This document shows, one piece after another, positions 36,562 to 47,700 of a stretch of 55,003 nucleotides of DNA. The DNA is from a virus (taxonomy: Duplodnaviria > Caudoviricetes): IMG/VR virus record IMGVR_UViG_3300030328_002398, positions 1 to 55,003 of that record; one strand, given 5' to 3'. A program made the position numbers and the translations under genes. The stretch's first letter is position 1. Each line of letters begins with the position of its first letter. The notes beneath the pieces were generated by a model. It was not told where the DNA came from. It did no database searches and saw only the letters and a list, made by a program, of their open reading frames with translations.

Positions 36562-37164
36562 ATGGATCAAGGACCTGCACCGAATCTGAAACAGATATTC
36601 GGTATTCCCATATTTGAAGACAAAGTAGATCTAAATATATTCCAAATTCCTGATGAACCAGAAGAGGATCTCCAACCTACATGGGATTCTGGTGTCAGGA
36701 CAACTTTTAATACTAAATTAGAGTTGCCTCAACCAGTTTGGGAACATATAGGTGAAATTGTTGGTAATAATTTGGGACCTGTTGGATTAATGGGGTTGGA
36801 ACCACATATAGGACATGTGTGGAGGAATAGATATCAGGAACATGATTATCAGGATCCTCATATACATCCTAATTCTCAGTGGAGTTTTATTGTATATGAA
36901 ACTGTAGAAAATGCTAGAACATCGTTCTTTAATCCTTCTATGGGTTTGATTCAGAATCAGTTGGGTAATTGCCATGGTGCATTTCCTTTGGATTATAAAC
37001 CAAAGCTCAAAAAAGGTGATATAATTATATTCCCATCTTTCCTAATGCACAGTGTCAATTCTGGACAGGTAGGAACTACTATTTCAGGTAATATATACAT
37101 GAAATATCAAACCCCAGAAGAAGAGGGTGTGGTTCGTATGGAAAGGGAGGAACAAAATGGATAA
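36562..37164 (+). CDS. 2OG-Fe(II) oxygenase (TIGR02466-like)
   Basis: W.N.Y, QDPHIH, GDIIIFPSFLMHSV. Confidence 0.8.
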   Translation: MDQGPAPNLKQIFGIPIFEDKVDLNIFQIPDEPEEDLQPTWDSGVRTTFNTKLELPQPVWEHIGEIVGNNLGPVGLMGLEPHIGHVWRNRYQEHDYQDPHIHPNSQWSFIVYETVENARTSFFNPSMGLIQNQLGNCHGAFPLDYKPKLKKGDIIIFPSFLMHSVNSGQVGTTISGNIYMKYQTPEEEGVVRMEREEQNG

Positions 37165-37414
37165 AGAAGAGTATCAAAAAAGATGTGATGCAGTAGAAGA
37201 TACTGCATATGCTGAGAAAGGCCATCCCCAAGCCTTTGGAAATGAATTACTACTTCAGAACATAGATGCTTTTGGAGCGGCAATAGCCGATATTCATCAT
37301 CGTGTTAAGAAACTAGAGGATAAATTCCGTGAGATGGAAATAAGTCAATCTCTCTTGGATACAACTGTAAATGATCTAATTAAGGAGAAAGGTGATGGTA
37401 CTAAGAACGTTTAA
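37157..37414 (+). CDS. Hypothetical coiled-coil protein
   Basis: RBS GGAGG. Confidence 0.7.
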   Translation: MDKEEYQKRCDAVEDTAYAEKGHPQAFGNELLLQNIDAFGAAIADIHHRVKKLEDKFREMEISQSLLDTTVNDLIKEKGDGTKNV

Positions 37415-37538
37415 AAAGATCGACAAGAAAGGTCGTGAAGAAGAGTGGAGTTGGGAAGAGACACCTGAACTCGCTGAATATATCTCTAAGCAATCAGGGA
37501 AACCACATCTGAACGAACCTCCTCATAAGAAGGAGTAA
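37395..37538 (+). CDS. 47-aa hypothetical protein (not in ORF track)
   Basis: RBS AAGGAG; F.KIDKKGREEEWSWEETPEL. Confidence 0.6.
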   Translation: MVLRTFKKIDKKGREEEWSWEETPELAEYISKQSGKPHLNEPPHKKE

Positions 37539-37540
37539 TC

Positions 37541-37612
37541 GCCTCTATAGCACAGCGGTAGTGCAGGGCTTTTGTAAAGCCAAGGTCGGCGGTTCAAATC
37601 CGTCTGGAGGCA
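37541..37612 (+). tRNA. tRNA-Thr(UGU)
   Basis: Acceptor GCCTCTA/TGGAGGC; D-arm GCAC/GTGC; anticodon loop TT-TGT-AA; T-arm GGCGG-TTCAAAT-CCGTC; no encoded CCA. Confidence 0.93.
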
Positions 37613-37626
37613 TCCTCTTTTGAGGA

Positions 37627-37679
37627 TAGGTGATGTCACCTACATTCTGGACAGGAGTTCGACTCTCCTCACCTCCACC
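37627..37679 (+). ncRNA. ssrA: Permuted tmRNA, acceptor (aminoacylated) piece
   Basis: GGAC + T-arm AGGAG-TTCGACT-CTCCT + CACCTCC-A-CC, complementary to GGGGGTG at 37759 with a G3:U70 pair; 5' boundary approximate. Confidence 0.88.
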
Positions 37680-37681
37680 TT

Positions 37682-37754
37682 TGCTCCTTAGCTCAGTTGG
37701 TAGAGCGGTTGACTGTTAATCAATTTGTCGCTGGTTCGAGCCCAGCAGGAGCAG
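37682..37754 (+). tRNA. tRNA-Asn(GUU), nested between the two tmRNA pieces
   Basis: Acceptor TGCTCCT/AGGAGCA; D-arm GCTC/GAGC; anticodon GTTGA-CT-GTT-AA-TCAAT; T-arm GCTGG-TTCGAGC-CCAGC. Confidence 0.95.
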
Positions 37755-37758
37755 TCAT

Positions 37759-37968
37759 GGGGGTGCCAAGGTTTCGACAGGGTATAAGGAACATGACTGA
37801 AGACCTGCTTGGATAAGCAAACACAGATGCTAAAGACATCGACACCGCTGCGAATAACATCGTAGCATTCTCTCGTGTTCTCACAAGAGAATTCTCCCGC
37901 ACTAGCGAACTCGCTACTGCCTAAGGGGAGATGGGGGTTTAGATCAACCTTCTTAACCAACTGATCCT
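37759..37968 (+). ncRNA. ssrA: Permuted tmRNA, coding piece (tag ANNIVAFSRVLTREFSRTSELATA* at 37850-37924)
   Basis: 5' GGGGGTGCCAAGGTTTCGAC matches the cyanobacterial tmRNA 5' end; tag begins ANNIV.F like cyanobacterial tags; 3' boundary approximate. Confidence 0.9.
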
Positions 37969-37992
37969 TGGGGGTGCAATGCCCCCTCTATT
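37969..37992 (+). terminator. Terminator-like hairpin after tmRNA
   Basis: GGGGGTG-CAA-TGCCCCC followed by a T-rich tail. Confidence 0.65.
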
Positions 37993-38008
37993 ACTATGTT
38001 TTTAGGTA

Positions 38009-39676
38009 ATGAGAGTAGTTGGTATTAGTCCTAGTCATGATGCTTCCGTTTGTGTATTAAACGATGGAGTTATAGAAGGTTTTTATAAAGAAGAGAGATA
38101 TTGGCGTGAGAAGAAAGCGGATAGACCATACCTTTCATTAATTGAAGCAAAGAATAACTTAAAGGGTCCAGTAGATAAGGTAGTAATTGCATCACCAGAT
38201 CCCCCAGATTCATATAGTATAGATGAGATCGCAAGGAGATTATTTGGTTGTGAAGTTCTTGATATGTCTCAGGTGCATCACCTACAACATGCTGCACTTG
38301 GATTTGAGAATAGTAAGTTTGATCAGGCTTTAATATTTGTGTTAGATAGACAGGGATCTCTTATAGGTGATTGTTTAACTGAATCCGAGACTGTTCTTGT
38401 AGGAGAGAGGGATCCATATTCAATTATGGAGATCTATAAAAACTATTGGGCTCCTGTATCTGGTTTTGAACATTCTTTAAAGATTAATAAGGTATTAGAA
38501 GAACTTAATAATAGTGGAACTACTAAACATATTTGTAGAAGTCAGTTTTGTTTAACTAAAGTTTATGAGTCTGCAACTACTTTAATAGGACAACACCCAT
38601 TAGAGAATGGTAAGACTATGGGATTGACTGCTTATGGTAATCCTGACGGATTTCCAGATCTATTTGTTAAGGCATTGGATCCAGACATCCAAATGATTCC
38701 AAACGATTCCTATTTTAATAAGATAGAACCCATAACTCATACACCAGAACCCGTATGTTTTAGGGATTTTACTCATATGATTGTTAAGAATGTCCCTCAA
38801 GATTATTATCAAGTATATGCTGATTATGCAAAGCATGTTCAGAATCAAACTCAAGAGGCAGTATCAGAATGTATTGCATACTATTCTAATAAGACAGGTA
38901 TTAAGAATATAGTGGTGACAGGTGGTTTTGGTATGAATGTAGTTGCAAATTCATATTATGTTCAGACTAATCCAGATCTAAATTTCTTCTTTGAACCACT
39001 TGCAGATGATACTGGTAATAGTATTGGTGGTGCCATGCTTGTATATAAACAAACATCAAAAGATATTAGAAATTATGCTTTATGTGATACCTTCTATCAT
39101 GGAACTCCTACTTCTGCTGGAGATCTAGGACAGGATGTTGATTTATCTGAGGTTGTAGAGTTACTCTTACAGCAGAAGTCTATTGGAGTATTTCAAGGAT
39201 ATGCAGAGGCAGGACAACGTGCATTAGGTAATAGATCTATACTATTTGATGCTACTAATCCAGAGTGCAAGAATATTCTTAATCGTATTAAGAAGAGGGA
39301 ATGGTATCGTCCTTTTGCTGCAATGGTACTTGAAGAAGACGCTGATATATATTTTGATATGTTAGGATCATCTCGTAGTGAGTTTATGACTCAATCATAT
39401 CAGGTTAGGAGTGAATATAGAGAATTACTAAAGGGTATTGTACATGTGGATGGTTCTTGTCGATTACAGACAATAAATAAAGGACATTCATTATATGATT
39501 TCCTTAAGGAATTGAAGAGTAATGACCATATTGGTGTTATTGCCAATACATCATTTAACCTTGCTGGAGAACCACTTGTAGAAACAGTGGATCAGGCTCT
39601 TAAAACACTAAATGAATCAGAGTTGGATTATCTCTGGTTTCCTGAACATTCTAGGATTATTAAAGACAATGTTTGA
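38009..39676 (+). CDS. O-carbamoyltransferase (NodU/CmcH family), copy 2
   Basis: SHDAS, KEER, HHLQHA, GKTMGL, EAGQRALGNRS, KKREWYRPFAA, HVDGSCR, NTSFN. Confidence 0.92.
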   Translation: MRVVGISPSHDASVCVLNDGVIEGFYKEERYWREKKADRPYLSLIEAKNNLKGPVDKVVIASPDPPDSYSIDEIARRLFGCEVLDMSQVHHLQHAALGFENSKFDQALIFVLDRQGSLIGDCLTESETVLVGERDPYSIMEIYKNYWAPVSGFEHSLKINKVLEELNNSGTTKHICRSQFCLTKVYESATTLIGQHPLENGKTMGLTAYGNPDGFPDLFVKALDPDIQMIPNDSYFNKIEPITHTPEPVCFRDFTHMIVKNVPQDYYQVYADYAKHVQNQTQEAVSECIAYYSNKTGIKNIVVTGGFGMNVVANSYYVQTNPDLNFFFEPLADDTGNSIGGAMLVYKQTSKDIRNYALCDTFYHGTPTSAGDLGQDVDLSEVVELLLQQKSIGVFQGYAEAGQRALGNRSILFDATNPECKNILNRIKKREWYRPFAAMVLEEDADIYFDMLGSSRSEFMTQSYQVRSEYRELLKGIVHVDGSCRLQTINKGHSLYDFLKELKSNDHIGVIANTSFNLAGEPLVETVDQALKTLNESELDYLWFPEHSRIIKDNV

Positions 39677-40388
39677 ATTAAGTGAAGAGATTGACATTAT
39701 AGGGGTTACAGAGATAGGCCCTGATAATAATAGTTGTGTTATTTTTGACAACTTCTATAAAGATCCAGAACCAATTCGTAGATTGGCATTACATAAGATG
39801 GAGAGTGAGTGGAAGGTTAAGAAACCTCCTGTAAAGAATCCTGAACATTCAAAAGAACTTCAAAGATATTTGAAACCATTATTTGATCAGATATGTTTTG
39901 CAAAAGAACAGTGGAGTGGGATAGAGACAGATTATTCCGTTTATGAACATCATTGGAAAAACTGTGATTTTATGTGTGACTATGTTCTTGAGCAGGATTT
40001 TATGAAAGAACCATTGAGGATAGTGCCGACTCAGGATAGTTATCCAATGATGCCTACTATGTTTCAGTTTAATCTTGAGGTATTTTTAAATAAACCATCG
40101 GATTATTTGACTCATGATAATAAAGTTATGGGCGGTACATGTTTGTATAGTTATTTGGGTTCTATGACGGTAAAAGATCCTAGTCATTTAAAATCATTTA
40201 AAGATATGACTAATTTTGATGATATGAATATGTCATTGAAGACTTCTATTGCTTATAAGGTAGAACATTCTATTCCTATGAAATATAATAGAGCAATATT
40301 ATATAAATCTCAGATATTAAGTGCTCCAGAACTTCAGAAGCATTGGTATGCGGAGAATCCTCGTGTATCTCAAGTAATGTTTATGTGA
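39669..40388 (+). CDS. DUF6445-like oxygenase-fold protein with degenerate metal ligands
   Basis: DNFYKDP..IR, GGT, MKYNRA; PTQD and ILSA where the paralog has PHQD and ILHS. Confidence 0.7.
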   Translation: MFELSEEIDIIGVTEIGPDNNSCVIFDNFYKDPEPIRRLALHKMESEWKVKKPPVKNPEHSKELQRYLKPLFDQICFAKEQWSGIETDYSVYEHHWKNCDFMCDYVLEQDFMKEPLRIVPTQDSYPMMPTMFQFNLEVFLNKPSDYLTHDNKVMGGTCLYSYLGSMTVKDPSHLKSFKDMTNFDDMNMSLKTSIAYKVEHSIPMKYNRAILYKSQILSAPELQKHWYAENPRVSQVMFM

Positions 40389-41068
40389 TGTCATATAATG
40401 TGAATTGTCCATTTGGACCTTTGATTTATACAACAGATATATCAGGACAGTTTCATCAATTCCTTCTTGATGGTTTGGATAAATGTAGGAATACGCAAGA
40501 TGCTAGGGAATATTTGCTTGGTAATATAGAGAAACAGAGATATGCTCCATATGATCCAACGAAGTTTATTGATTTTATCAATCCACATGTAATGAATTAT
40601 ATGAAGGAAAAGAATGAACGTAGCAATAAAACAAAAGAAACTTGTAATTGGGATACAACGGTAGGATCACCTGTTATTAAAGAATCAGATATTAGGTATA
40701 ATTTGGGTGCAGGACCTTGGGTTAATTTTCAACAGAAAGGAGAATTTAATCCATTACATAATCATGGTGGAATAGTAAGTGCTGTTGTTTTTATAAAAAT
40801 ACCTGAAGAACTCAAACAAGAAAGACTGGAGAGTACGTTTAGTGCTAAGGCTGCTGGATGTCTTGAATTTGTTTATATGGATCAACATATTGTTGTTAGA
40901 CCAAAGGAAGCAATGATGTATTTGTTTCCAGCATATCTTAAACATACTGTATATCCATATCAAAGTGATGTTGAAAGAATTTCTATGTCTTTTAATCTTT
41001 ATGAGGTAATGGTTGATAATGTTCCAGTACGTCCAGCTGATGATATAGTTTGTTATAGTGATGTTTGA
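40388..41068 (+). CDS. 2OG-Fe(II) oxygenase (TIGR02466-like)
   Basis: WVNFQ..GEFNPLHNH, FPAYLKHTVYP, RISMSFN. Confidence 0.85.
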   Translation: MSYNVNCPFGPLIYTTDISGQFHQFLLDGLDKCRNTQDAREYLLGNIEKQRYAPYDPTKFIDFINPHVMNYMKEKNERSNKTKETCNWDTTVGSPVIKESDIRYNLGAGPWVNFQQKGEFNPLHNHGGIVSAVVFIKIPEELKQERLESTFSAKAAGCLEFVYMDQHIVVRPKEAMMYLFPAYLKHTVYPYQSDVERISMSFNLYEVMVDNVPVRPADDIVCYSDV

Positions 41069-41750
41069 ATTAAGTGATGAGTTAGATATTACTGTTGTAA
41101 GTGATATTGGAATAGATAAGAGATCTGCTGTTATTATTGATAATTTCTATAAGAACCCAGATGAGATTCGTTCTATTCGTGGTCAAGATGGTGGTATGAG
41201 GGGTGGTATGCCTGGAGATAGGGTGTGCTTTCCTACTAATGAAATAAGGAATATTAAACCAATATTTGATGAACTATGTTTGGATGAGGAGATATGGGGT
41301 AGGCCTATTGATAGAGATAAGTATGAATCATCATGGGGTAGAGCATCATATATGTGCAATTTCATTACTTCCAAATCAATAGTTGAAATGCCTGGAGGAC
41401 TTATACCACATCAAGATACATATGAACTGAGTCCTCATCCTAATCAATTTGGTGTGGTGATATATTTGAATACACCAGAGGAATGTAATGGTGGTACAAG
41501 TATGTGGAGTTATCAGGGTAAGATGACTGTTAAAGATAGATTACATGGAATTTTATCTACACTTGAGAAGGAAAGGGCAACATATGAAAGAGTACAGGGT
41601 GTATTGAATAGTGATTTTAATAAAGAATATGTACTTGAAATGAAATATAATCGTGCAGTAGTTTATCCTACTGATATATTACACTCTGCTGAACTTAAAT
41701 CGGAATGGTTTAAAGAGTATCCTAGGATTGCACAGGTTCTCTTTCTTTGA
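41061..41750 (+). CDS. DUF6445-like 2OG-Fe(II) oxygenase
   Basis: IDNFYKNP..IR, PHQD, VIYLN....C.GGT, MKYNRAVVY....LHS. Confidence 0.8.
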   Translation: MFELSDELDITVVSDIGIDKRSAVIIDNFYKNPDEIRSIRGQDGGMRGGMPGDRVCFPTNEIRNIKPIFDELCLDEEIWGRPIDRDKYESSWGRASYMCNFITSKSIVEMPGGLIPHQDTYELSPHPNQFGVVIYLNTPEECNGGTSMWSYQGKMTVKDRLHGILSTLEKERATYERVQGVLNSDFNKEYVLEMKYNRAVVYPTDILHSAELKSEWFKEYPRIAQVLFL

Positions 41751-41754
41751 GTGT

Positions 41755-41761
41755 CTAAATA
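41755..41761 (+). promoter_or_regulatory. Late promoter for tail fibre
   Basis: CTAAATA 33 nt upstream of the ATG. Confidence 0.65.
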
Positions 41762-41793
41762 GGTAAAGAAGAAATCCTATAGGTTGAAGGTCA

Positions 41794-44700
41794 ATGCCTC
41801 TATCAAGATTAGAAAACTTTCTGAAGAATGCTGAAGGTAACATTCTATATGTTAATCCCAGTGATTTTGATGCTACTGATAGTATCGAGAACAGAGGTAA
41901 TTCACAAACTCGTCCTTTTAAAACTATACAGAGGGCACTGATTGAAGCGGCAAGATTTTCATATCAGAGTGGTCAGAATAACGATAAGATAGACAGAACA
42001 ACTATACTTGCATATCCAGGCGTACATTATATTGATAACAGGCCTGGGCTTACTGTAACAAATAATAATGGAACGGCAGAATATAAAGTAAGAAAGAACG
42101 CAGCATGGCAGGCATCAACACTTAGTCAATTCACAAATGAAACTAACTTTGATGTATTAGATCCTAATAACGAATTATATAAGTATAACTCTACTGAAGG
42201 TGGTGCTATCCTACCTAGGGGTACATCTATTATTGGTTTTGACCTTCGTAAAACAAAACTAAGACCATTATATGTACCAGATCCAGAAGATGATAACATG
42301 CAGTACTCTGGAGTACTTCGTGTAACTGGTACTTGTTACTTTACTGCTTTCACTATCTTTGATGCTGATATTAGTAAGGTTGCATACTATGACTATGATA
42401 GTAATACTAAGACACCTACATTCTCACACCATAAACTAGCGACATTTACGTTTGCTGATGGTATGAATAATGTGCTTATTAATGGCACAGACAGTCAGCT
42501 TACTGACCTTGATATGTATTACTTCAAGGTTGCAAAAGCCTATGGAGATTCATCTGGTCGTCCTCTTGGTGATTACCCAACATTTACTGACTTTGAACCT
42601 AATGTAGATGAGTTTAGAATTGTTGGTGACCTTGCTGCTGACCCTGTTGGTATCACTTCTATTAAGGCTGGTGACGGTAATACACCTACAAGTATCATTA
42701 CTGTTGATACTGATAGAAAGCATGGATTATTCAAGGATACTCCTGTCTTAATTGCTGGTATTACTACTGCTATTAATTCATATAATGGTTCTTTCTTAGT
42801 TGATGAGGTACTTAGTGATACTGAGTTTAGGTTTGTTACTCCTGCTATACCTGGCAATGCACTACCTACTGCACAAGAAATTCAGAACTCATCTGTTATA
42901 GTTGAACCTGATACTGTAGGATCTGCATCACCATATGTCTTTAACTGTTCATTGAGATCAGTTTATGGTATGAATGGTTTGGATTGTGATGGTGATAAGG
43001 CGACTGGTTTCAAATCTATGGTTTGTGCCCAGTTCACTGGTATATCAATTCAGAAGGATGATAATGCTTTCGTATTATATAATCCTACAACTGCAATCTT
43101 TAATGATACCAGTACAGTATCAGAAGCAGAGAAACCATTGCACTCTAACTCTCGTGCAATTTATAAACCAAATTATGAAACCTCCCACATGAGGGTAAGG
43201 AACAACGCTGTTGTTCAGTTGGTTTCTGTGTTCGCTATTGCATATGCTCGTCACTTCCATGCAGAGAGAGGTGGTGACGCATCTATTACTAACTCTAACA
43301 GTAACTTTGGTCAGACTGCTCTTGAAGCATCAGGATTTAGACCAAGTGCATTTGATAGAGACGATGTTGGTTATATTACACATATTATTCCACCAAGAGA
43401 ACTCCAGAATGAAGAGAGTACATCATCTTGGTTGACTCTTGATGTTGCAAAAACTATTGGTGTTGGTGTAACAGATAGATTATATCTTAATAGTTACAAT
43501 AGTATTGATATTGTACCACCAGCAGAGGTGGATTCATTCAGTATTGGTGCAAGAAAAGGAGAGACATTATATCTAAGTTTGGTCAATACTTTATCTGGTC
43601 AGGCAGTACAGGAAACATATGAGACTCCAATTCTCATGCAGGTTCCTAGTGGTATTGGTACATCATATAAGAAGGAGTATCAAGTTATTAGAAACTCTGG
43701 TGTTAATGCCATTATTTCTAACGTACTTCAATTTACTGCTAATCATCAGTTAGTTAATGGTGAGAAAATTAGAGTCTTTAGTAACACTGGTGAGACTCCA
43801 AATGGTATTGTAAATGATAAGGTATATTATGCCATTGCTGGTGGTAACCTTGCTGCTGATAGAATCCAGTTGGCATCTACATTCAATGATGCTGCTTCTA
43901 GACGACCTATAACTGGACTTGCAAATAATGGTGGTAAATTAACAGTTACATCTACAGTTAGTGATAAGAATCCAGGCGATCCAGGCCATCCAATACAATG
44001 GGACTCTGGTAATAACAACTGGTATATACTTGCTCACCCAAGTACAACGTATAATACTATATTCCCTGCAATCAATACTATTGGTTTAGGTGTTATTGGT
44101 TCAGAGACAGGTACAACATATATCAAACGTAGAGTTGATAATAGATCCTTGCTGGATAGACTCTATAGAATGAGATATGTTCTACCTAAAGAACATACAA
44201 ATGCTCGTGCTCCTAAGCCTGGTTTCATTCTACAGGAATCTAAGACTGTTGGTGTAAGTAGTGCATCTTTCTTGACTGCTGATTTGAGTAACCCAACTCA
44301 ACTTAAGAACGTTAAGATTGTTAAAAATGCTACATTTGGATCACAGACACTTACATTTACAACTGAACAACAACATAGATTACAGAAGGGTGACCTAGTA
44401 ACTCTTAGAAATATTGATAGTGTTAATAATAGTACAGGCGTATTTAATGTTGGATATAATGGAGAACATTTAATTGATACTATACCAACTGCAAAGTCAT
44501 TTACTGTTGCTGGTATATCAACTGATCCTGGCGCTTTCTTAAATCAGATCAACCAGAGAACTACTCAACAACAGATTGATGCACTACCTACAGTGCAGAG
44601 ATCTAAGTCTGCTGATACCTTCTCTGTGTATAGGGTACAAGAGTCTAGACCACACGTTCCAGGCACATCTGGACAAGACGGTGTATATAACCTAACTGTT

Positions 44701-47700
44701 GTTTGTGGATCAATTCCACTGGACAAAGACCTTGGATTTGGTGTATCCATGAAGTCGTTCGCTCAGGACGTAAGGAACCTATATCCACAACAGGATAGAG
44801 ATAACTATCTGTCTGATCCAGAACCTTCAATTACTTATTCTAGTGCTGCTGTTGTTGGTGAAGTTGTCACTAATGATAAGAAGAGATCTATTACTCGTGA
44901 AGCATTATCCTACTTCATGCAGGGTCAACAAGTAGGTTTCGCTGTTACTGGTGCTGTGATAACTGGTACTGGTAATACTACTATCACACTTTATACTGAT
45001 GTAGAACATAAACTCAATCAGGTTCAATCTCTTTCTTTAATTAATCCAGGCTCTGGATATAATAATGGATCTGGTATTGCTACAGTATTATATGCTGCAG
45101 ACCTTGAGAATAACCAGTTATCTGGTAAGAACGCTGCTGCAGAGGTTACTGTTTCTGCTGCTGGTACTGTCACTAACGTAGAACTTATTGATGGTGGTTG
45201 TACTTATGGTATAGGAAATACCATGACGATTTCTGCTTTCCCAGCAGGATCTCCTACTACAAATGCAGTAGTTAGAGTTGATTCTATCTTCCAAAATGCA
45301 GGTGATGGACTAACATTATCTGGATTTGAGACTTCAGAACTCAATGGTACATTTAAGATTGTAGATATTCCAACTGCAAGGACTGTTTCTGTTGAGATAG
45401 GAACATCAAGAACTCTAGCGCCTTACTTCGTTGGGAGGGATGACAGGAGACAGGCGACATATACTCTTGCAAACGTAGGTGCTGGTATTACTTGGATTGA
45501 TGTAGATCGTTCATCTGGTATTGCAACTATAAGAACGGATACTAATCATACTCTAGTTTCTGGTAACGTATTTACAATCTGGGGATCGAAGAACCCATTA
45601 TTTGAAGATAGACTATTAGTTGTTGATGATGTTGAGAGTAATATTCCTTTAAGGAGTATTGTATGTAATGTTGGTATTATTACTGCTGGTATTGATACTT
45701 CATACTCAATTAGTGATGCAACTCTATTTGGAACAGGTATTAGTGCAAATGCTAAGACATTAGGTTTAGGTGAGAATAATCTTGCAGGCAGGGCAACATA
45801 CTTCTATGCAGGTATATCAACCTCAATAGATGCACCATTAACATCTACTGATACTTCAATCACACTAACATCCACTGAAGGATTCAAACGTGGTGATTAC
45901 TGCATGATTAATGGTGAGGTTGTCAGATTTGTTAATAGTAACATTAACAAGATCCTTCGTGGTCAGTTTGGTACTCTTGCTTCTACTGCTATTGTAGGAA
46001 CTACTATCAAGAAGATAGATGTTCTACCAATGGAACTACGCAGACCATCTATCCTTCGTGCTTCTGGTCATACATTTGAATACCTTGGATATGGTTCTGG
46101 TAACTATTCAACTTCATTACCACAGAAACAAGATAGAGTTCTATCCGATCAGGAAACACTTGCTGCTCAGAAGAAAGAACTAGACGGTGGTACTGTTGTT
46201 TATACTGGTATGAACGACTCTGGTGACTTCTTCACAGGATATAAGAAGTTATCATCTATTACTGGTGAGGAAGAAGTTCTTGAGGCACCTGTATTCACAT
46301 ATACTGGTGATGATGCAGAGGCAGAATCTACTAAGAGAGTATCTGGTGTATTTGATGAAGTTCTAGTTAGAGAATCACTAACTGTTGAAGGTGGAGATAA
46401 TAACAACAGAACATCACAGTTCTATGGTCCTGTTAATTTCACTGAGAAACTAACAAGTAACTCCAATGAGGGTATTGAGACTATCAATATGTACCTCAGA
46501 GGTGATGCACCACAGGGTAAATTAATAACAGTTGGTATTTCTACTCCTGTTGGAGTTAAGAGATCTGGAGACTTATCATTTGTTGGTATTCCTGATGCTG
46601 GTGGTTACTTAGGACACATATATGCTGAAGGTGAGTGGAGAAGGTTTGGTGTAATATCTCAGGAAAGAGATAGGAACTTCCTTAAGGTAGATCAGATTGG
46701 TATTGGTCAGTCTAATGTTGGTGTATTCAACTTTAAAGATTCACTAGAAGTTAATGGTGTTGTTAAAGTTAAAGACCTATTTGTATCAGGTATTGTTACC
46801 TTTGCATCTAACCAGTCATTCGCTGGTGTGTCTTATGACACCTTAGTTGTTAAGAAGGTAGTTAATCTCTGGGGATATAATACTACTGGTGGTATTTCAC
46901 CACAGGGTATTCCTTGGGAGACATATGGATATTATACTATTGTAGATGAAGGTGGAACATCAAGACTTAATAATGTAGAAGTTGTTGGTACTTATGTATC
47001 CTTCAAACCTTCTGCACACATTAAGAATGAGTCTTCATGGCATTCTACATGGTCAGGTATCAGTACATTTAATGGACAACTTAATGTTGGAGATCTTAGT
47101 TGTGGTGTTGGTTCTATTACTGTTAATAAGTTTGAAGCAAGAACTGCATATGCTGAGACACTTACAGTACCTAAGAATCTATATGCAACTAATGGTATTG
47201 TTACTGACTTCAAGGCAACTGACGCATCCATCACTAGAAATTACAGTGATGTAGGTATTACTACATTGTCCCATGTTGGTACTTCTTATGTAAATGAGAC
47301 CAATATCTACACAGGTATTGCAACTCAGATAAGAATATCTAATCATATTATTTCACCTCAGTTATATGCTCTTGCTGGTGTTGTTACTAACCTGAACTCT
47401 ACCAATATTTGGTCTGCTAACGTATCGGGTGCTGCTGTTACTGCAACTGATTTACACTTTACAGATGACCTTTATGGTCCTGACATGTATGTCAATACTG
47501 GTGTTGTTACTGCTATCAAGTCACAGTACATTGGTGGTCTAGGTAATGCAGGTTCAGGACAACCTGAAATAAGTGTCAATCTTAACTCTGGTATTGTTAC
47601 CTCTCTGACTGGTTACGCCATGACGATGGAGAGGATCAACATGAAGACTGGTGGAGACGGTGTTTGTTCTCCTAAGATCTACGCTGACGTTGGTATTGTT

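Noticed and set aside
37640-37679. Truncated tRNA as an integration (att) scar
   Set aside because: It pairs exactly with the downstream GGGGGTG, including G3:U70, so it is explained as the tmRNA acceptor piece. No integrase is in the window.
37688-37960. Minus-strand ORFs 37688-37960 and 37720-37902
   Set aside because: Antisense to tRNA-Asn and tmRNA; shadow frames
42573-47254. Numerous short ORFs inside the tail-fibre gene (also antisense ORFs in psbA, talC, gp5 and 25946-26488)
   Set aside because: Shadow frames produced by codon bias; no RBS or recognisable motifs
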